A DNA stretch of 64,000 nt from Spirochaetia bacterium (GCA_963668315.1 OY764216.1:1376001-1440000); one strand, 5' to 3'; positions 31,617 through 41,113 are shown, numbered from the stretch's first letter. The notes: generated by a model not told the origin, from the sequence alone. Numbers and translations: made by a program.

Positions 31617-32108
31617 CTGCCCGTTGACGTAGAAGCATTATATACCAAGTACGGACCTATGGTCCTCAGAAGATGCCGGCAGATGCTGGGAAACGAGGAC
31701 CAGGCCCTGGACGCCATGCAGGATGTCTTTGTCAAAGTGATAAACAAGAAGGACAGCCTCAAGGCGACCTATCCGTCCAGTCTCCTCTATACCATGGCTA
31801 CCAATCACTGCCTGAATATTCTGAGCCGGGAGAAGAGAACCTCCTGCGATAACGAGATTCTTGAGATGATCGTGTCCTTGGACAGGGTGGAGGAGAAGGC
31901 CCTGGACCGAATGTTTCTGGACCAGCTTTTTTCCGGTCAGAAAGCGTCCACCCGGACCATAGCGGTTCTTCATTATATGGATGGACTGACCCTGGAAGAG
32001 ACATCCCAGCTGAGCGGACTTTCCGTCTCCGGGGTGAGGAAGCGGTTGAGGAAGCTGAGAGAAGCGGGATTGGAAATGGAAGGATATACGGCGGAGAGAA
32101 GCAAATGA
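31617..32108 (+). CDS. ECF RNA polymerase sigma factor
   Basis: Region 2 (LYTKYGPMVLRRC..ALDAMQDVF) and region 4 (GLTLEETSQLSGLSVSGVRKRL); probable CTG start 5 nt after AAGGAGG. Confidence 0.9.
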   Translation: MPVDVEALYTKYGPMVLRRCRQMLGNEDQALDAMQDVFVKVINKKDSLKATYPSSLLYTMATNHCLNILSREKRTSCDNEILEMIVSLDRVEEKALDRMFLDQLFSGQKASTRTIAVLHYMDGLTLEETSQLSGLSVSGVRKRLRKLREAGLEMEGYTAERSK

Positions 32109-32899
32109 AAGATAATAAAAAAATAATGACAGAACTGTTCCGCCTGGGGGAGCTGCCCGAAGGCTGGGAAGATAAAGTTGACAGAGAAACCATTGACGGT
32201 GATGTGAGCGAGCTTCTCTCTTCCGACCGTGATATTCTGGATAGGTACAGGCCTTCCCGGATGGCCGCCGAGATTGAGGAGAAGGCACGGAGCGCCCGGG
32301 CCGGCAGGAAACGGAATCGTGTCAGGACGGCGGTTGCCTATACGGCGGCGGCCGCGGCCATGCTGGTCATGGGGCTGATTCTTCCCGGAATCATGACCGA
32401 ATCTACCGAATTTGACCCTGCCGGAACGACCCGGATCAAAGGTCAGTCGGAAGCCGGACTTACCGTCTACCGCAATACGGGACTTTCCACGGAAGTTCTC
32501 GATGAGAACAGTACGGCCCGGGAAGGGGATCTCATTCAGCTGGGCTATTCCGTCTTTACCGAAATGCCCTACGGTATCATCCTTTCCATAGACGGCCGGG
32601 GAATTGTCACACGCCATCTGGCGCCGGAAGGCCAGATCTCCGAAAAACTTCTCCCCGGAGGAGAACATCTTCTGGATTTTGCCTACGAGCTTGATGATGC
32701 CCCACGGTTCGAAACATTCTATCTGCTTGTCTCCGACAGGCCCTTTCCCGTGGATCCTGTGATCGATCTTCTTTCCAGGGAAGCCCGGGGAGAGGGAAAT
32801 ATCATCGATATTCCGGAGATCATAGGAAAAAGCTCTCTCGATTCCCGCGGAATTGGAAAAATGGTTCAATTCGCGGTATCAATACCCAAAGAGGATTAG
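32105..32899 (+). CDS. Putative membrane anti-sigma factor
   Basis: ATGA-coupled to the ECF gene; ~75-aa cytoplasmic N-terminus, single TM, TRIKG, periplasmic beta domain (GDLIQLGY..ILSIDGRG..YELDDAP). Confidence 0.78.
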   Translation: MKDNKKIMTELFRLGELPEGWEDKVDRETIDGDVSELLSSDRDILDRYRPSRMAAEIEEKARSARAGRKRNRVRTAVAYTAAAAAMLVMGLILPGIMTESTEFDPAGTTRIKGQSEAGLTVYRNTGLSTEVLDENSTAREGDLIQLGYSVFTEMPYGIILSIDGRGIVTRHLAPEGQISEKLLPGGEHLLDFAYELDDAPRFETFYLLVSDRPFPVDPVIDLLSREARGEGNIIDIPEIIGKSSLDSRGIGKMVQFAVSIPKED

Positions 32900-32903
32900 T
32901 ACA

Positions 32904-34994
32904 GTGAAGAAAAATACTCTCTTTATGATATTTTTTACCCTATCCGTTCTTTTCAGTGCCCGATGGGGGAGCGCTCTGAATGCAGAAGCCATGGAAGTCC
33001 GCCGTTTCGGCCTGTTTATCGGAGCCAACAACGGAGGGGATGAGCGCCAGACTCTGCTTTATGCCGATGATGACGCCCGGGATATGATGCTGACCATGGA
33101 GCAGATAGGGGGCATCGATCCTTCGGACAGCCTCCTGCTTCTGAACCCCACCGCCGGGAAAATCCGGGAGGCCCTGAAAATCATCTCCCTTCAAATCGAA
33201 GATGTTAACCCCCTGGTCAGACGGACGGAAATCATGTTCTACTACTCGGGACACTCCAACGGTCAGGGGCTTCTTCTGGCCGATGAAGATCTCTCCTACA
33301 AGGATATCAGAGACTCCCTGGACACGACCGGCGCGGATGTGGTCATCGCCGTTCTCGATTCCTGCTCATCCGGCGCCTTTACCAGGGCCAAGGGCGGCGA
33401 GAGACGCTCCCCCTTCCTGATCGACGAATCGTCCAGCATGGAGGGACATGCCTTTCTCACTTCCAGTTCCGAATCTGAACTGTCCCAGGAATCGGATCTT
33501 ATCGAGGGATCTTTCTTTACCCATTACCTTATCTCCGGTCTGCGGGGAGCGGCTGACAATACGGGAGACGGGCGTGTTTCGCTTAATGAGATTTATGAGC
33601 ATACCTTCCGGGAAACCCTTTCTTCCACGGAATCCACCATCGGCGGCCCTCAGCATGCTACCTATGAGATTCAGCTGACCGGTACGGGCGATTTGGTTTT
33701 GACCGATCTGACGATTCCCACCTCTGCGCTTCTGATCTCCGGGGAACTGGCAGGGCGCTTTTCCGTACGCTCCGGAGACAAACTGATAGCGGAGTTTTCC
33801 AAATACCGGGAGGATACCTTTAAAATGGCCCTTCCCGCCGGGGAATATACCATTAATATGGCCGATGGGGACGATGTCCGTTATGCCGATATCGAACTGA
33901 GTCGCAACGGACAGTTCTTTCTTACCGAGAAGGATTTTTCCAGCCGGCGGCTTGTCTGGACCCGCTTCCGAGGGGAGAGGAACTCCGATGAGGAGGTGGA
34001 AATCCCCTTTACCCTTTCACTCTTTCCCGGCATAAATTATCCCACTCTTCCCGATAACTCCGTTGTCATGCTGCAGGCGGGATTGAGTGCCTATGCCCCC
34101 CGGTTTGAAGGGGTGCAGGCCAGCTATCTGTTCAATATCACCCAGGATGACAGTGAGGGAGTTCAGGTTTCCCAGAATTTCAATATTGCCCGAAGTAATT
34201 TTCAAGGCATTCAGGGAGCGGGTATATTCAACATAGCCGGGGGAAACCTCCAGGGAGTACAGGGCGCCGGACTTTTCAATATCGCCGGAGATGAGCTGAG
34301 CGGACTTCAGGCGGCGGGACTTTTTAATATGGCCGGGCGCCCCTCTTCGGGAGTACAGCTCTCCGGCCTATTCAATATAGCCGGAGAGCTGGAGGGTTTT
34401 CAGGCGGCGGGTTTGTTCAATTCGACCGATTATCTGGACGGTATGCAGATCTCCCTGGTAAACAAGGCGGGAACGGTCGACGGGTTTCAGCTCGGGCTGG
34501 TCAATATCGCCCGTGAAATGGACGGCTTGGCCGTGGGGCTTATCAATATTTCCCGGAACGGAATCGTCGATCTGGGTGCCTGGTATGACAGCGGGGACGG
34601 TAAAATGTATACCTTCTTTCAGTCGGGAAGTCCCTATTTCTACACGCTCTATTTCATCGGCAATGAATTTCCCGACCATTCGGAAAGGGAGACTGTCTGG
34701 GGGGCCCATGCCGGATGCCGCCTGGGACTGGGCCCCCTGGAGATCGATCTGGACGGAGGATTCAGAAGCGCCTGGCAGGATGTCATGGATTCGGGAGCCG
34801 ATACTCCCTATCTTCTTCCCTCCGGCCGGGCTGTGATCGCGTTCAAAGGTCTGGGACTCTTCTGCGGATTCAGTGCGGTCATGTCTTTCCCGGGAAGTTA
34901 TGAATCCACCCTCTACGACGGGGACAGCTTCGCTCTCTTCGGGAATGAGGATTACCATATCTATCCGGACTTTATCATCGGCTTAAGGATCTGA
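32904..34994 (+). CDS. Exported caspase-family (peptidase C14) protein with C-terminal surface repeats and barrel-like domain
   Basis: Signal peptide; RFGLFIGAN; YYSGH (His) and VLDSC (Cys) dyad; GSFFTHYLISGLRGAAD; C-terminus IIGLRI. Confidence 0.88.
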   Translation: MKKNTLFMIFFTLSVLFSARWGSALNAEAMEVRRFGLFIGANNGGDERQTLLYADDDARDMMLTMEQIGGIDPSDSLLLLNPTAGKIREALKIISLQIEDVNPLVRRTEIMFYYSGHSNGQGLLLADEDLSYKDIRDSLDTTGADVVIAVLDSCSSGAFTRAKGGERRSPFLIDESSSMEGHAFLTSSSESELSQESDLIEGSFFTHYLISGLRGAADNTGDGRVSLNEIYEHTFRETLSSTESTIGGPQHATYEIQLTGTGDLVLTDLTIPTSALLISGELAGRFSVRSGDKLIAEFSKYREDTFKMALPAGEYTINMADGDDVRYADIELSRNGQFFLTEKDFSSRRLVWTRFRGERNSDEEVEIPFTLSLFPGINYPTLPDNSVVMLQAGLSAYAPRFEGVQASYLFNITQDDSEGVQVSQNFNIARSNFQGIQGAGIFNIAGGNLQGVQGAGLFNIAGDELSGLQAAGLFNMAGRPSSGVQLSGLFNIAGELEGFQAAGLFNSTDYLDGMQISLVNKAGTVDGFQLGLVNIAREMDGLAVGLINISRNGIVDLGAWYDSGDGKMYTFFQSGSPYFYTLYFIGNEFPDHSERETVWGAHAGCRLGLGPLEIDLDGGFRSAWQDVMDSGADTPYLLPSGRAVIAFKGLGLFCGFSAVMSFPGSYESTLYDGDSFALFGNEDYHIYPDFIIGLRI
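34107..34560 (+). repeat. Ten tandem 14-16 aa GxQxxGxFNxA repeats (LA_2272-like beta-solenoid)
   Basis: QGIQGAGIFNIAGGNL / QGVQGAGLFNIAGDEL / SGLQAAGLFNMAGRPS etc. Confidence 0.85.
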
Positions 34995-35072
34995 TAAGGG
35001 TGATCTTCTCTTGGCGAAAGAGAGGAAAAAGGGTAAAATATCAGGAAAAGATTGCATGCAAAGGAGCTATCT

Positions 35073-35471
35073 ATGGGAAATTATCCCGATTTTACCTATG
35101 CCCATACGGGACTTAACGTCGATGACAGGGAAGCCTGCGAAAAATGGTATGTAGAGAATCTTAATCTGAAGATTGTCCGTTCCGTTCCCGGCAATATGAG
35201 TTTTCTTGCCGATCCTACGGGCCGGGTTGTCCTGGAGATCTACTCCAATAAAGCGGCTCCGGTTCTGGACTTTCCCGGTATTCATTTCCTGTCTCTTCAT
35301 CTTGCCTTTCTTGTGGATGACCCGGAAAAAAGAGCGTCGGAATTGATTAAGGCGGGGGCGACAATCGCCGAAGACTATAAAATCACCGATGTGGGGGACA
35401 GAATGATTATGCTTCAAGATCCCTTCGGTGTGGCTATTCAATTAATCAAGAGACAGGAACCCATGTTCTGA
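35073..35471 (+). CDS. VOC/glyoxalase family protein
   Basis: HTGLNV, LEIY, HLAFLVDD, DPFGVAIQL; AAGGAG RBS. Confidence 0.88.
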   Translation: MGNYPDFTYAHTGLNVDDREACEKWYVENLNLKIVRSVPGNMSFLADPTGRVVLEIYSNKAAPVLDFPGIHFLSLHLAFLVDDPEKRASELIKAGATIAEDYKITDVGDRMIMLQDPFGVAIQLIKRQEPMF

Positions 35472-35503
35472 TGAGTTCTTAAAGAGGCAGATGAACTTGC
35501 TTC

Positions 35504-35529
35504 AGGAGAATATTGCGGAATATTCTCCT
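35504..35529. terminator. Hairpin between convergent genes
   Basis: AGGAGAATATT-GCGG-AATATTCTCCT. Confidence 0.55.
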
Positions 35530-35821
35530 AATCCTTATTTTTCTTTTTGTTCCGTGACAGGGAGAGGCTTCCGAATCCTCCGAGAATACCCATATAAAAA
35601 CCAAGATCGTACCAGAAGCCCGTATTATGGACCTCGTAGATATTGAGATGCTCGCGGAATATACTGAATATCAGAGATATCGGGGCCACCCATCCGTGCC
35701 AGATTCCCCAGAGCATGTTGGCCGGAGCCTCTCCTGTTGCTTTTCCATCGCCGGGAAGGCAGGATGCCAGAAGAAACATCATGGATAGCATCAGGATGAT
35801 GTATTTTGTTTTCACTTTCAT
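35528..35821 (-). CDS. Small membrane lipoprotein, hypothetical
   Basis: Lipobox LAS-C; GIWHGW..YEVHNTGFWYDLGF. Confidence 0.8.
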   Translation of the reverse strand: MKVKTKYIILMLSMMFLLASCLPGDGKATGEAPANMLWGIWHGWVAPISLIFSIFREHLNIYEVHNTGFWYDLGFYMGILGGFGSLSLSRNKKKNKD

Positions 35822-36000
35822 ATCGATCTCCCTTTTTAACAGTATACTCCTTTAGAACAGTTCGGCAAGGAAAAACTGTCACAGTTCCCAGGAAGAACTT
35901 CTGCAACCGGGAGATTCCCCATAGCCTCCCTTTATCCGGACGTGCTTCGCTATGGAAAAAGTACGGGAAATATATAAAATTAAGGTATGAGGAGATGATC

Positions 36001-36285
36001 ATGAAAAAATATATAAAAAAGCCCCTGATATTTGCCGCCTTCCTGATGCTCTATTCCTGTGCGACAGTTACGGTTCCCGTAGCGGCCACATCCAACGATC
36101 TGGGACGGCTTGTGGGGCGATCGTCCGGTACGGTCTGGTTGGGTATTTTCGGAGAGGCCGATGCCAGTATTATGGAAGCGTGCCGCGACGGGGGAATCCG
36201 GGAGATCTCCACGGTGGACTTCAAAACGGAGCTTCTTTTTCTGGGCCTGGGAAAGCGCTATACCTGCATCGTGACGGGAGAGTAA
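36001..36285 (+). CDS. TRL-like family lipoprotein
   Basis: Lipobox LYS-C; DASI.EA..GGI..ISTVD..C.VTGE; GAGGAG RBS. Confidence 0.78.
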   Translation: MKKYIKKPLIFAAFLMLYSCATVTVPVAATSNDLGRLVGRSSGTVWLGIFGEADASIMEACRDGGIREISTVDFKTELLFLGLGKRYTCIVTGE

Positions 36286-36310
36286 AAAAAAGGGACGAAT
36301 ACTCGTCCCT
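36284..36310 (-). terminator. Rho-independent terminator (fab operon)
   Basis: AGGGACGA-ATAC-TCGTCCCT preceded by an A-run (U-tract on minus). Confidence 0.65.
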
Positions 36311-36408
36311 AAACAGTGCAATTCTTACAGAAGTTGTTAATTTTTTCCGGCAACGCCGAAAGGTGGTATATATTACTTTACCCTCCCGAGGGGAGGGGTA
36401 AGGCCCGG

Positions 36409-37581
36409 TTAAAGGGTATTCACGTCGGCGGAGTAATCCACCCCTTCCACTTCAAAACCGTGGAGTTCCATGTAATCCTTCTTGAAACCTTCCAGATCTC
36501 CCTTTTCTGCCAGGAGATCTTCATCCACCCTGTCCCAGAGGGAAGCGACGGCTTTCTGCACGTCGTCGGCCATTTCCCAGTCGTCCATGCGGACGAATCC
36601 CTGGCCGTCTTTTATGGTCCCTTCCGATCCGTAGATCTTATCGGACAGCATACGCTGCATCTGTTCGCGGCAGCCCTCGTGGGTTCCCTTTTCCTTCATG
36701 ATTTTGAAGAGCAGGGCTATGTAAACCGAGACACCGGGAATAACGGCGCTTGATCGTGTTACCAGAGCTTTGTTGACCGAGATAAAGGCTTCACCGGAGA
36801 GATCGTTCAGCTCTTTCTGAAGTTCGCTGGCCGTAGCTTCCAGGTGTAGCTTGGCCTGTCCGATTGTTCCTTCCCGGTAAATAGGGTAGGTCATGGGGGA
36901 ACCGATATAGGTATAGGCCACGGTCTTGACGCCATCGGCCAGAACGCCGGCTTCCTTCATCGTTTTGATCCAGAGAGCCCAGTCCTCGCCGCCCATCACC
37001 TTGACGGTGGCGTTGATTTCCTCTTCCGATGCCGGGTCCAGGGTCAGACTTTTCAGTTTTCCGCTCAGGTCCATGGCAAAAGAGGTATAGGGTTCTTTGA
37101 TGGTCTTAAGGACAGACCGGTACATCTCTCCCGTATCGGGATCGGTCCTGACAGGAGAGGCAAGGCTGTATACAACCATATCCACCTGTCCGTCCTCGAA
37201 GAACGTTTTGATCCTGTCGATGACGGTTTTTCTCGTATCATGGGAAAAGGCATCGGCGTTGATGCTTTCGGCTTTCAGACCATCAGCCTGAGCCGCCGCA
37301 TCAAAGGTTCTGTTATTGTAGAAACCGGGTGTTCCCGGTCTTTTGGCGCTGCCCTCTTTTTCAAAGGAAACGCCCAGAGTATCGGCTCCGCCGGAGAAAG
37401 CGGCGGAAATTCTGGTGGCCAGGCCGAATCCGGTGGAACAGCCCAGAACCAATACTCTTTTAGGCATGGAGACCTTAGGCTGAGCCTTGGCCCACTCGAT
37501 GTCTCTTTTTACGATGGCCTCGCATCCCACAGGGTGGGAGGTAAGGCAGACGTTGTTCATGATTTTAGGTTCAATTATCAT
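36409..37581 (-). CDS. fabV: Enoyl-ACP / trans-2-enoyl-CoA reductase FabV
   Basis: HPVGC, GCSTGFGL, YSLASP, VMGGEDW, YIG..Y..GTIG.AK. Confidence 0.93.
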   Translation of the reverse strand: MIIEPKIMNNVCLTSHPVGCEAIVKRDIEWAKAQPKVSMPKRVLVLGCSTGFGLATRISAAFSGGADTLGVSFEKEGSAKRPGTPGFYNNRTFDAAAQADGLKAESINADAFSHDTRKTVIDRIKTFFEDGQVDMVVYSLASPVRTDPDTGEMYRSVLKTIKEPYTSFAMDLSGKLKSLTLDPASEEEINATVKVMGGEDWALWIKTMKEAGVLADGVKTVAYTYIGSPMTYPIYREGTIGQAKLHLEATASELQKELNDLSGEAFISVNKALVTRSSAVIPGVSVYIALLFKIMKEKGTHEGCREQMQRMLSDKIYGSEGTIKDGQGFVRMDDWEMADDVQKAVASLWDRVDEDLLAEKGDLEGFKKDYMELHGFEVEGVDYSADVNTL

Positions 37582-38003
37582 TACGCTTCTCCTGCTAAGC
37601 ACATCCAGCTGGCCTGACAGGCCAGTTCGTCACCCACAAAGGCTTTGCCTTTCTGTTTGATCATCCGGCCGGAAACCATTTCGTTCTCGATTTCAAAACG
37701 GACTTCGTCGCCGGGAACAACCTGACGGCGGAACTTCGCCTTTTCAACGGTTGCCAGGAAGAAGAGGGCGCTCGCCGCAGCGGCTCCGCTCTTCTTCAGG
37801 CCGGCGCCGCCGACCTGTGCCATCGCTTCAATCAGCAGTACGCCCGGCACGACGGGATGACCGGGGAAATGTCCTTTGAAAAAGAAATCCGATTCGGTGT
37901 ACTTTCTATATCCAATTATGTTCTTTTCGTCACATTTTTCAATACGATCGACAAAAAGAAAGGGATCTCTGTGAGGGAGAAGCTGTTCAATTTCGTTACT
38001 CAT
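37581..38003 (-). CDS. fabZ: 3-hydroxyacyl-ACP dehydratase
   Basis: LPHRDPFLFVD, FKGHFP..PGVLLIEAMAQ. Confidence 0.95.
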   Translation of the reverse strand: MSNEIEQLLPHRDPFLFVDRIEKCDEKNIIGYRKYTESDFFFKGHFPGHPVVPGVLLIEAMAQVGGAGLKKSGAAAASALFFLATVEKAKFRRQVVPGDEVRFEIENEMVSGRMIKQKGKAFVGDELACQASWMCLAGEA

Positions 38004-38010
38004 AGTGTTC

Positions 38011-39252
38011 TTACCCCTTATACTTCTTAATTACGATGGAACCGTTGTGTCCGCCGAATCCCAGGTTGTCCGAAAGGGTCGCATTGACCTCCATTTCTAT
38101 TCCTTTGTTGGGAACATAATCCAGATCACATTTTTCGTCGGCTTCGAAGAGGTTCATTGTTCCGGGAACAAAACTGTCCTGGATGGCCTTGATACAGACA
38201 ATGGCCTCAACACCGCCGGTGGCACCCAGCATATGGCCGTGCATGGCTTTGGTGGAGCTTACCTTGACCTTTTTGGCATGATCGCCGAAGGCTTCCTTGA
38301 TGGCCAGGGTCTCGCAGGGGTCATTAATGGGGGTGGAGGTACCATGGGCGTTGATATAATCGATATCTTCCGGCTTGAGCCCGGCGTCTTCCACGGCAAT
38401 TTTCATACTGGCAGCGCCCCCCTTACCTTCGGGGTCGGGCGCGGTGAGATGACCGGCATCGCAGGTCATTCCGAAACCGGCGATTTCGGCGTAAATCGTG
38501 GCTCCCCTTTTCTTGGCATGTTCCAGTTCTTCAAGAACCAGAATGCCCGCGCCCTCGCCCATGACAAAACCGTCCCGGTCCTTGTCAAAGGGGCGGCTGG
38601 CTGTTTTGGGGTCGTCATTCCGGGTACTGAGGGCCAGGAGTTTGTTGAACGAACCCACCGCAAAGGGGGTAATCGTCGCTTCCGTTCCGCCGGAGACGAT
38701 GATGTCGGCCATGCCGGAGCGGATGGTGTTCATCGCGTAGCCGATGGCATCCGTGCCGGAGGCACAGGCCGTGGCCAGGGCAAAACAGGGGCCGTGCAGG
38801 CCGTATTTGATGGAAACGTTTGCCGGACCTTCGTTGCTGATCAGCTTCGGTATGGCCATGGGGGCGATACCTGCCTGGGGGCCTTTGGCTGCCAGGCCGC
38901 GGATATTTTCCTCGGTTACTTCGAATCCGCCGATTCCGCATCCCAGGATACAGCCGGCTCTGTTGTGATCGAAGTTATCCTCCGTAAGGCCGGCATCATT
39001 CATGGCTTCCGCAGTGGCGGCCACGGCAAACTGGGTGAATCGGGCCATCTTCCGGGCTTCTTTTCTGTCCATAAAATCGGAAGCGTTAAAGTCTTTGACT
39101 TCTGCGGCAATTTTGGTGGCGAATTCGGTCGTATCGAACTGAGTGATCAGATCGATACCGATCGTACCGGCTTTTATGTTTTTCCAGAATTCTTCTACGC
39201 TGTGTCCTATGGGATTGATGGTTCCCATTCCGGTTACTACTACTCTTCTCAT
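38011..39252 (-). CDS. fabF: Beta-ketoacyl-ACP synthase II
   Basis: TACASG, NAHGTST, GHMLGA, GFGGHN. Confidence 0.96.
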   Translation of the reverse strand: MRRVVVTGMGTINPIGHSVEEFWKNIKAGTIGIDLITQFDTTEFATKIAAEVKDFNASDFMDRKEARKMARFTQFAVAATAEAMNDAGLTEDNFDHNRAGCILGCGIGGFEVTEENIRGLAAKGPQAGIAPMAIPKLISNEGPANVSIKYGLHGPCFALATACASGTDAIGYAMNTIRSGMADIIVSGGTEATITPFAVGSFNKLLALSTRNDDPKTASRPFDKDRDGFVMGEGAGILVLEELEHAKKRGATIYAEIAGFGMTCDAGHLTAPDPEGKGGAASMKIAVEDAGLKPEDIDYINAHGTSTPINDPCETLAIKEAFGDHAKKVKVSSTKAMHGHMLGATGGVEAIVCIKAIQDSFVPGTMNLFEADEKCDLDYVPNKGIEMEVNATLSDNLGFGGHNGSIVIKKYKG

Positions 39253-39266
39253 TTTATCTTCTCCTC

Positions 39267-40004
39267 CTACATTACCATTCCGCCGTCAACGGTCAGAACC
39301 TGACCGGTAACGTAGCGAGCCATATCCGATGCCAGGAAAAGCACTGCATTGGCTATATCTTGCGGTTCACCCAGCTGATTCATGGGAATCTGTGCCTGAA
39401 TGGATTCTTTAATATCATCTTTAAGTTTTTCTGTCATATCGGTCTTGATAAAACCGGGGGCAATGGCGTTAACCCGAACGCCCCTTTTGGCCGTTTCCTT
39501 GGCCAGAGCCTTGGTAAAACCGATTAAGCCGGCTTTGCTGGCGGCGTAGTTCGTCTGTCCTGCGTTACCCATGAGGCCGATAACGGAAGCCATATTGATG
39601 ATGACGCCCGATCTCTGACGGATCATGAAACGGGAAGCTTCCCTGGCCACGATAAAGGCTCCGGTCAGGTTCACATCAAGAACCTGCTGCCACTGTTCGG
39701 TACTCATGCGGAAGACAAGTCCGTCTTTTTCAATGCCCGCGTTGTTGATGACTACATCCAGTCCGTCCTTGGTGACTTCTTCCAGAATCTTCACAACGCC
39801 CGCTTCATCGGTCACATTTCCCTGGTACCATTTAAGGGAGGTGCCTGCCGCTTTGGCTTTTTCCTCCATCTCGCTGTGGAAGGGGCTTTCCTTCGTGCTC
39901 AGATAGGAAACATGGGCACCCTGTTCGAGACAGGCCATGACAATTGCTTTCCCGATACCCCGGGAACCACCGGTTACAAATACTTTCTTATCCTTTAACA
40001 GCAT
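39267..40004 (-). CDS. fabG: 3-oxoacyl-ACP reductase
   Basis: TGGSRGIG, NNAG, YAASK, VDGGM. Confidence 0.95.
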   Translation of the reverse strand: MLLKDKKVFVTGGSRGIGKAIVMACLEQGAHVSYLSTKESPFHSEMEEKAKAAGTSLKWYQGNVTDEAGVVKILEEVTKDGLDVVINNAGIEKDGLVFRMSTEQWQQVLDVNLTGAFIVAREASRFMIRQRSGVIINMASVIGLMGNAGQTNYAASKAGLIGFTKALAKETAKRGVRVNAIAPGFIKTDMTEKLKDDIKESIQAQIPMNQLGEPQDIANAVLFLASDMARYVTGQVLTVDGGMVM

Positions 40005-40022
40005 GATTACCTCGCTTATATA

Positions 40023-41006
40023 TTACCAAATTAAATAGTTCCCGCCGTAGGTCAATCCGGCGCCGAACCCAACGGTCAGTATTTTCTGACCTTTCTTGAG
40101 AAGACCCCTTCTGTCCATATCGGAAAGGGCCAGGGGAATGGACGCTCCGGAAGTATTGGCGAATTCGTCCATATTCAGGTAGAACTTGTCAAGAGGGATC
40201 TTATCCCGCTTGGCCGCCGCCTCTATGATGCGTCTGTTAGCCTGATGGGGGACGATCCAGTCGATGTCATCTACGGACAAATTATTCCTTTCCATTAAAT
40301 CTTTCAATATGACCGTGTTGGCCCGAACGGCGAATTCATAAACCCGCCGGCCGTCCATCTGCAGAAAATGGTCTTTGCCCACGATTTCTCCCTCTATGAA
40401 GGGATTGGAGGTTCCCCCCCGGTTATGGCTCAGCGCATCGGAGCCCGAGCCTTCGGCCCTTAAGAGAGAGTTGATTACCCCCCGGGGTTCTCCTTCGCCG
40501 GCTTCGAGAACAACCGCTCCCGCTCCGTCTCCGAAGAGGATGCAGTTGTTTCTGTTGGTCCAGTCCAGGACACGGGAGAGCCTTTCCGTGCCGATAACCA
40601 GGATCTTATGGCAGGTCCCGTTATTTATAAGGCCCTTGCCCAGCTCCAGTCCGTAGACGAAGCCGGAGCAGGCGGCTTTGATATCCATGGCGCCGCAGCT
40701 GTTGTTTCCCAAAAGATCCTGTATCAGGCAGGCGGTGGAGGGCATTTCATGATAATCCGCCGTTATGGTGGAGACAAGGATCATATCAATGTCCTGCGCC
40801 GTAATGCCCCGCTTCTCCAGGGCTTCCTGGGCAGCCTTATATCCCATGTATGAGGTCGTTTCTGTGTCTGAGGAGATATGCCGATTTCCTATTCCCGTGT
40901 GGGAACGGATCCATTCATCACTGGTATCAAGGGTTTTCGCCAATTCATCATTAGAGACCCTTTTTTCCGGAACGTAATGTCCCAATGAACTGATATAAGC
41001 ATTCAT
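40023..41006 (-). CDS. fabH: Beta-ketoacyl-ACP synthase III
   Basis: AACSGF, PHQAN, NTSGASIP, GFGAGLTYG; start 41006 or 41015. Confidence 0.95.
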   Translation of the reverse strand: MNAYISSLGHYVPEKRVSNDELAKTLDTSDEWIRSHTGIGNRHISSDTETTSYMGYKAAQEALEKRGITAQDIDMILVSTITADYHEMPSTACLIQDLLGNNSCGAMDIKAACSGFVYGLELGKGLINNGTCHKILVIGTERLSRVLDWTNRNNCILFGDGAGAVVLEAGEGEPRGVINSLLRAEGSGSDALSHNRGGTSNPFIEGEIVGKDHFLQMDGRRVYEFAVRANTVILKDLMERNNLSVDDIDWIVPHQANRRIIEAAAKRDKIPLDKFYLNMDEFANTSGASIPLALSDMDRRGLLKKGQKILTVGFGAGLTYGGNYLIW

Positions 41007-41013
41007 GAATCTC

Positions 41014-41073
41014 ATTATTTACATTTTCTGCCATTTTGTCAATATTGACAGATTCCACTATTGGGGATATATT
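41014..41073. promoter_or_regulatory. Back-to-back divergent promoters for the fab and acc operons
   Basis: Palindrome TGTCAATATTGACA gives TTGACA on both strands; + strand TTGACA-17-TATATT. Confidence 0.65.
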
Positions 41074-41113
41074 AGAAAAAGCGATTGAATTTTGAAATAA
41101 AGGAGTATCTCCC

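Noticed and set aside
34107..34560. Periodic ~48-nt repeats as a CRISPR array
   Set aside because: In-frame degenerate coding repeats with no unique spacers; no cas genes.
38005..39303. 432-aa + strand ORF
   Set aside because: Antisense shadow of fabF.
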